Source: Candidatus Scalinduaceae bacterium (GTDB lineage Bacteria > Planctomycetota > Brocadiia > Brocadiales > Scalinduaceae). Taken from it: a DNA stretch of 64,000 bases. Each line of letters starts with the position of its first letter. The stretch's first letter is position 1. The notes beneath the pieces are model-generated. The model searched no databases, was not told the origin of the DNA, and worked only from the letters and a program-made list of their open reading frames with translations. The position numbers and the translations under genes are program-made. Below, piece by piece: positions 58,474-64,000 of this stretch. The stretch lies in assembly GCA_046759445.1 (NCBI GenBank), contig JBHICG010000002.1, positions 32,001-96,000 on the forward strand. The letters are read 5' to 3'.

Positions 58474-59820
58474 ATGAGAATTCTCAGATCACAAGATGGC
58501 AGTATTATGCGTGATATTGAAAAGATTAAACAGGAATTGTGTATATTTGCCGATACGGTGACAGAGGTGATGTACGAAAAGACTAAAGAGGTATTTGGTG
58601 AACCACAATCTCCTCTGGAAAGTGTCAAACGCATTGTCAATGATGTGAGGGAAAAGGGTGATGATGCCCTGGAGTATTATTCAGAAAAATTTGACAGAGT
58701 TACTTTGCCTGCAGAGGATTTTAGAGTTGAAGATTCTGAGATTGAGGATGCCTATAAGAGGGTGTCTTCAAATTTTATAAGTGCTATAAAAAATGCGAGA
58801 GAAAATATCCGAGTGTTTCAAGAATATATACGCGTCCGTGAACCTAAACCATTCTTTTCGAATGGTGCAAAAATAAACGTAAAATATGAACCCATTGAAA
58901 ACATAGGAATTTATATCCCCGGGGGTTCTGCTTCATATCCATCTACAGTTCTGATGAATGCGATACCCGCAAGGGTTGCAGGAGTAAAGAAAATTACAGT
59001 TGTTTCGCCGCCCGGAGCGGATGGAAATATATCACCTGAAAGGCTGGTTGCATGTAAGGAATCATATGTAGATGAAGTTTATAAGATTGGTGGAGTCCAC
59101 GTGATTGCAGCCCTCACATTTGGCACCAATACAATCCAAAAGGTGGATAAGATAGTTGGACCTGGCAATATCTTTGTAACGCTTGCAAAGAGAGAGGTCT
59201 TTGGGTATGTGGGGATAGATATACTAGCAGGTCCAAGTGAAGTCTTAATAATAACTGATGATATTGAGAATTGTGCTTACGTTGCATCTGATTTACTGTC
59301 GCAGGCGGAACATGCCCCGGGTATTTCGATGTTGGTTACATGTTCTGAAGAACTTGCCAATAAAGTACAGGACGAAATATCTAAACAGCTTAAGAATTTA
59401 TCTCGATGTGATTCAATCAAAGAATCAATCGACAAATTTGGTTTTGTCATTATTACGAAAGATTTGAATGAGGCTGTAGATATTTCAAATGCCCTGGCTC
59501 CGGAACATCTGCAGGTTGTCGTGAGAAATAATGAAGAAGGAGTTTTATCCAGGATAAAACATGCAGGCGCTATTTTTGTTGGTCCATTTACACCTGTGGC
59601 AGTTGGAGACTACATTGCCGGACCTTCACACGTTCTCCCGACTGGTGGGACAGCAAGGTTTTTCTCAGGACTGTCGGTAAATGATTTTTTGAAGAGGACG
59701 AGCGTAATTACATATTCAAAAGACGTTTTGGAATCATCAGCCAGGGACATAATTACAATTGCAGAGGCAGAAGGCCTGGAGGCACATGCTCAATCTATTC
59801 GTATAAGGGTAGATAAATAA
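58474..59820 (+). CDS. hisD: Histidinol dehydrogenase
   Basis: YIPGG.A.YPS, GPGNIFV, AGPSE, DLLSQAEH, GDYIAGPSHVLPT. Confidence 0.96.
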   Translation: MRILRSQDGSIMRDIEKIKQELCIFADTVTEVMYEKTKEVFGEPQSPLESVKRIVNDVREKGDDALEYYSEKFDRVTLPAEDFRVEDSEIEDAYKRVSSNFISAIKNARENIRVFQEYIRVREPKPFFSNGAKINVKYEPIENIGIYIPGGSASYPSTVLMNAIPARVAGVKKITVVSPPGADGNISPERLVACKESYVDEVYKIGGVHVIAALTFGTNTIQKVDKIVGPGNIFVTLAKREVFGYVGIDILAGPSEVLIITDDIENCAYVASDLLSQAEHAPGISMLVTCSEELANKVQDEISKQLKNLSRCDSIKESIDKFGFVIITKDLNEAVDISNALAPEHLQVVVRNNEEGVLSRIKHAGAIFVGPFTPVAVGDYIAGPSHVLPTGGTARFFSGLSVNDFLKRTSVITYSKDVLESSARDIITIAEAEGLEAHAQSIRIRVDK

Positions 59821-60129
59821 ATCAAAAAATAGATTTAGAGAATTCTTTGGACAGGATTTACAGGATAAACAAGTTATTGTAAGCCTAATAATATAGACTT
59901 GTCCTTGAGTAAAAACGAAGGAATGATAGTTGGTTTTTCCCCTAGTCATTTTGAACGAAGTGAAGAATCTCTTGTAAGTATGCCAATAGATGATTTGTGA
60001 GGTTAATGTGATTTCCATAAAAAGATTCTTCGGTCGTTCCTTCCTCAGAATGACATGTATGTTATTAAAACCTTTGAGGTTGCATTGTTATGTAAAAAAG
60101 TTTGCCCGAAGGGCAATAAATTCAAAAAG

Positions 60130-61203
60130 ATGGAAACTAAAAAAAAATCAAGCTACTTCAGGAAAAATATTGATAGAATGGCCGGTTACGTTCCTGGTGA
60201 ACAGCCAAAAGACGACGCTTATATCAAGTTGAACACAAATGAGAATCCATACCCTCCATCCCCCAAAGCTATTGCTGCTTTGAAGAATGAGGTAAACGAG
60301 AAATTAAGACTGTATCCTGATCCAGGCTCTACAAGTGTCAGAAATAAAGTTGCAGAGGTTTTTGGTACAGTAGCTGAAAGAGTAATGATAGGCAATGGGT
60401 CTGATGAACTCTTAACCATAATAATCCGTTGTTTTGTGGGTCAAGGTGATAAGGTTGTTTATCCGTATCCAACATATCTTTTATATAAGACTTTGTCTGA
60501 AATTCAAGATGCCAAAGCATGCATAGTGGATTATCTTGAAGATTACTCGTTGCCTGAAGAAATCCTGGTTGAAGATGCGGCAGTTACTTTTATATGTAAC
60601 CCTAACTCACCTTCAGGAACTATGGTACCAGTAGACAAAGTCTCTGATATTGCAGGGAGAGTAGATGGTGTGCTTGTGGTTGATGAGGCTTATGTGGACT
60701 TTGCCGATGATAATTGTTTGAGGTTGGTAGATGAACATTCGAACGTAATTGTTTTACGTACCCTTTCCAAGTCATATTCTTTAGCCGGAATGCGTCTGGG
60801 TTTTGCTGTGGCTCAGGAAGATTTGATTAAGGGCATGATGAAGGTCAAAGATTCATACAATGTTGACAGGCTTAGCATGGCAGTTGCGATTGCTGCGCTG
60901 GACGACCAGGAAACGTTTAGGAGAAATGTTGACAGGATAAAAGCGACAAGAAAACGTCTCATAGATTCGCTTGAGGAGATGGGTTTTTTTGTATATCCAT
61001 CTCAGGCAAACTTTGTTATGATAAGATGCAAAAATGCCATTAAGGCAAAAGAGATTTATCTGGAATTAAAAAAACAAAAGATACTTATCAGGTATATAGA
61101 ACAACCAAAACTGGATGATTGTTTGAGAATAACTATTGGTACTGATGATGAAATAAAGGCCTTGCTTGATAAATTGGCTGAAGTAAAGGCAATTTTGCCT
61201 TAG
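60130..61203 (+). CDS. hisC: Histidinol-phosphate aminotransferase
   Basis: KLNTNENP, GNGSDE, DEAY, RTLSKSYSLAGMRLG; start set at METKKK. Confidence 0.95.
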   Translation: METKKKSSYFRKNIDRMAGYVPGEQPKDDAYIKLNTNENPYPPSPKAIAALKNEVNEKLRLYPDPGSTSVRNKVAEVFGTVAERVMIGNGSDELLTIIIRCFVGQGDKVVYPYPTYLLYKTLSEIQDAKACIVDYLEDYSLPEEILVEDAAVTFICNPNSPSGTMVPVDKVSDIAGRVDGVLVVDEAYVDFADDNCLRLVDEHSNVIVLRTLSKSYSLAGMRLGFAVAQEDLIKGMMKVKDSYNVDRLSMAVAIAALDDQETFRRNVDRIKATRKRLIDSLEEMGFFVYPSQANFVMIRCKNAIKAKEIYLELKKQKILIRYIEQPKLDDCLRITIGTDDEIKALLDKLAEVKAILP

Positions 61204-61456
61204 CAAAATTGCTAAGCAATTCCGATCTTTGATAGGAATTGCCGTAAATCCGAAATCAAAGCCCAATAGTATAGTCCAAAGAATAGATTCCCAATCAAGT
61301 TGGGAATGACATTGTATTCTATTGAACCGTCTACTTTCGATTGCTAATGTTGTGCTTTTTGTCATTCCCGCCCTGTTTATGGCCGTCCAAAGGACGGCAC
61401 GCAGGCATAAGCGGGAATCTATATAGAAACTAGCAACAACATAATAAGAGGAATTT

Positions 61457-62047
61457 ATGAAAAAAAGAACCTCAAACATAAACAGAAAGACGAGTGAAAC
61501 GAGTATCAGTCTATCACTTAATTTGGATGGTGAGGGCAAGCGTAAAATATCCACTGGTATAGGCTTCTTTGATCATATGCTGGATTTACTTGCAAAACAC
61601 GCCCTGTTTGATTTAGAGATTAAGGCATCTGGCGATACGGACGTAGATTATCATCATACGGTTGAGGATGTTGGTATTTGTCTGGGTCAGGCAGTGAAAG
61701 AGGCTCTAGGTGACAAGTCTGGCATAATCCGTTTTGCCAATGTTAGTGTACCCATGCAGGAGGCGCTGGCCAATGTTGCACTGGATATTAGTGGGCGTTC
61801 GGCCCTTATCTTTAATGCGAAGTTAGAGTCAGAAAAGATTGGTGATTTTGATACTGAATTGATTAAAGAATTTCTGGAGGCATTTTCTGTAAATGCAGGC
61901 GTTAACCTTCATGTGGATGTTCCGTACGGTGAAAATGCACATCACATATCAGAGGCAGTCTTCAAAGGGGTAGCAAAGGCCCTTGATAAAGCCACAAGAA
62001 CGGATGAACGAACCAAAGATGTTCCATCAACAAAGGGTGTTCTATAA
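61457..62047 (+). CDS. hisB: Imidazoleglycerol-phosphate dehydratase
   Basis: GFFDHML, DYHHTVED, NAHHISEA, PSTKG. Confidence 0.96.
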   Translation: MKKRTSNINRKTSETSISLSLNLDGEGKRKISTGIGFFDHMLDLLAKHALFDLEIKASGDTDVDYHHTVEDVGICLGQAVKEALGDKSGIIRFANVSVPMQEALANVALDISGRSALIFNAKLESEKIGDFDTELIKEFLEAFSVNAGVNLHVDVPYGENAHHISEAVFKGVAKALDKATRTDERTKDVPSTKGVL

Positions 62048-62206
62048 AAAACATACCTATATTGTACATAAATCACCGATAGACACGGGTAAACACTGAT
62101 AAGATAGTTTCTTTATCTTAATCCATACCATCCTGTAAATCTGTGAGGAACTAAGGGTGAGATTCCCTTGGTCTACTCGACTCTGATAAGAAGGAGATTA
62201 TGATTA

Positions 62207-63388
62207 ATGACAACGCGTTATAACATTTTGCAAAAATATGGAGCTTTATTATCTTTTTTATTTCTTTCTTATGTTATTTTCCTTACAGGTTGTGCTCATG
62301 CGGAAAAAAAAGTTTCGTCACAACCGAAATCTGCAGTGGGAAAACTCGCTGACACACCCTGGCCGATGCATCGTCATGATCTGCACCATACGGGACGCAG
62401 TCCTTATGCGGGCTCTCAGACAAATGACATAAAGTGGACGTTTCAATCAGGGGCAGCAATCTCTTCTTCTCCCGTAATAGGCGTTGACGGTGCTATATAT
62501 TTTGGATCGCAGGACAAACACCTTTATGCCATTAATCCGGACGGATCTCTGAAATGGAAATTTGAGACAGGAGCTGAGGTGGATTCAACTCCCGCAATTG
62601 ATATTGACGGTGTAATATATTTCGGCTCGTGGGACCAACATCTCTATGCGCTTTATCCGGACGGCAAATTAAAATGGAAGCACAAGACGTATGGAGGTAT
62701 TATCTCATCTCCTGCAATAGGAGATGATGGCTCGCTTTACTTTGGATGCTGGGATGACAGGATACATGCCGTGGATTCGGAAGGTAAGCACAGATGGGAA
62801 TATAAGACGGCGGATCATATATGGTCTTCACCTGCTATAGGGAGTAATGGCATGATTTATTGTGGGTCGGAGGACTATTATATGTTTGCCCTCACGCAGG
62901 ATGGCAAGGCCATCTGGTCATTCGGGACTCATTACCTGCTTGAATCATCTCCTTCAATTGGTGACGATGGGACTATTTATTTCGGTTCCGAAGATGCGAA
63001 CCTCTTCGCCCTTAAACCTGACGGTCATCTGAAATGGCAGTATAAGACCGAGTATGATATTGATTCATCCACTGCTCTGGCGCTGGACGGGACGATTTAT
63101 ATAGGTTCAGGAGACGGGCGCCTCTATGCTATAAATCCTGACGGTACGCTTAAGTGGACGTTTGAGACAAAATATTCAGTAATGTCATCGCCCGTCATTG
63201 ATGCCAATGGGACTGTGTATGTGGGTTCCCGGGATAAGAAATTTTATGCCGTAAACAGCGATGGCACCTTGAAGTGGTATATTGAAACAGGCGGCGCCAT
63301 CGAATCCTCAGCCGCAATAGACAAAGACGGGACTATTTATATCGCCTCAACAGACGGCAAGCTCTATGCGATTGGGAAGAAAGATTGA
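62207..63388 (+). CDS. PQQ-like beta-propeller repeat lipoprotein
   Basis: LTGC lipobox; about eight 40-aa repeats SSPAIGxDGTIYFGSxDxxLYAxNPDGxLKW. Confidence 0.88.
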   Translation: MTTRYNILQKYGALLSFLFLSYVIFLTGCAHAEKKVSSQPKSAVGKLADTPWPMHRHDLHHTGRSPYAGSQTNDIKWTFQSGAAISSSPVIGVDGAIYFGSQDKHLYAINPDGSLKWKFETGAEVDSTPAIDIDGVIYFGSWDQHLYALYPDGKLKWKHKTYGGIISSPAIGDDGSLYFGCWDDRIHAVDSEGKHRWEYKTADHIWSSPAIGSNGMIYCGSEDYYMFALTQDGKAIWSFGTHYLLESSPSIGDDGTIYFGSEDANLFALKPDGHLKWQYKTEYDIDSSTALALDGTIYIGSGDGRLYAINPDGTLKWTFETKYSVMSSPVIDANGTVYVGSRDKKFYAVNSDGTLKWYIETGGAIESSAAIDKDGTIYIASTDGKLYAIGKKD

Positions 63389-63761
63389 TAAAAAAAGATT
63401 ATTGAGACGCCTCGGGAAATTAGACACCAAGAAGATTAATCAAATAAAATCAATTATAAAGGAAATGCTAGTTGATTAATTTTTGATCTGAAAATAGATT
63501 CCCGATCGGGGTCGGCGTGTGATTCAACTCGCCGAGTAGAATCACCTAAGCAATTCCGCTGTTGTGGAATTGCCAATGACCAATTTATAACGCTCTATGT
63601 TATACCCATAATTCAACTTATCCCGACAGAAGACGGGTCTGGAGCTGGATTCAGGGTCGTCCTCAGACGACTGTCATTCCCGAGGAACAGCTTACCTGGT
63701 TAGCAAACAGGGAATCTAGATTTTTATCCTTCGTGGTGCCCTGGAGGGGCATGAGAGTTTA

Positions 63762-63875
63762 ACAAGAAATTCAGTCAAAAAAAGACGTTTTACTGTTTCA
63801 GGTAAATTGTCGGACGATCTCATGTCTGGAACCTTGAATAGTATCTTCAAACAAGCCAAGTTAAAGAATGGATAA
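63762..63875 (+). pseudogene. HicA toxin C-terminal remnant
   Basis: VKKRRFTVSGKLSDDLMSGTLNSIFKQAKL*; no N-terminal half. Confidence 0.65.
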
Positions 63876-63878
63876 GAT

Positions 63879-64000
63879 ATGCGTTACGCTATAGTTATTG
63901 AAAAAGGTCCAGAAAATTATTCGGCATATGTACCGGTTTTACCCGGTTGCATTTCTACTGGTTCAACAGTTAGCGAAGCCGAAAAAAATATAAAGGAAGC
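63879..64000 (+). CDS. HicB-family antitoxin (partial, runs off window)
   Basis: MRYAIVIEKGPENYSAYVPVLPGCISTGSTVSEAEKNIKEA. Confidence 0.85.
   Translation, partial: MRYAIVIEKGPENYSAYVPVLPGCISTGSTVSEAEKNIKE

Noticed and set aside
1931..62432. Many short ORF-track entries antisense to or inside real genes (e.g. 1931-2398, 4821-5177, 21396-21878, 55941-56438, 61066-61554)
   Set aside because: Shadow frames of confidently identified genes, with no motifs
62207..63388. Tandem ~120-bp DNA periodicity
   Set aside because: Explained by beta-propeller protein repeats
1..64000. CRISPR array or rRNA
   Set aside because: No regularly spaced repeat-spacer units; the 16-bp and 72-bp repeats are kilobases apart. 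No rRNA-like sequence.

Overview
This is an AT-rich bacterial chromosome segment. The protein style (for example the RpoD C-terminus [16 protein letters not shown]) suggests a Planctomycetota genome, probably anammox Brocadiales/Scalindua-like; this is an inference. The backbone is housekeeping: dnaG-rpoD, murD, proC, tmk, topA, ribF, tRNA-Phe, tsaD, larB, xseAB-dxs-nadK-2-oxoacid oxidoreductase, mutS, asd and hisDCB. Three accessory patches stand out. (1) 19.0-21.0 kb is a tightly packed cluster of cytidine deaminase, a 2TM-GAF protein, a small ORF and a 5'(3')-deoxyribonucleotidase. It fits no system I recognise and could be a pyrimidine-signalling or nucleotide-depletion module. (2) 23.7-31.8 kb is a defence-like island. 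It holds a complete Ubl-E2-JAB-E1 (Bil-type) ubiquitination operon, a divergent CapH/CapP-like HTH + metallopeptidase pair (peptidase split by an in-frame TAG), a papain-like peptidase with an unannotated 57-aa partner, and gene debris. Three direct copies of a 16-bp motif (TTTTTAACGGTCGYTG) delimit its modules. (3) 40.8-46.9 kb is a degenerate integron-like cassette array with no integrase in the window. It carries AbiV, HAD, HEPN, lipoprotein and unknown genes, complementary core/inverse-core boxes, a degenerate attC and a ~72-bp direct repeat. Many REP-like palindromes occur intergenically. No CRISPR array or rRNA was seen.
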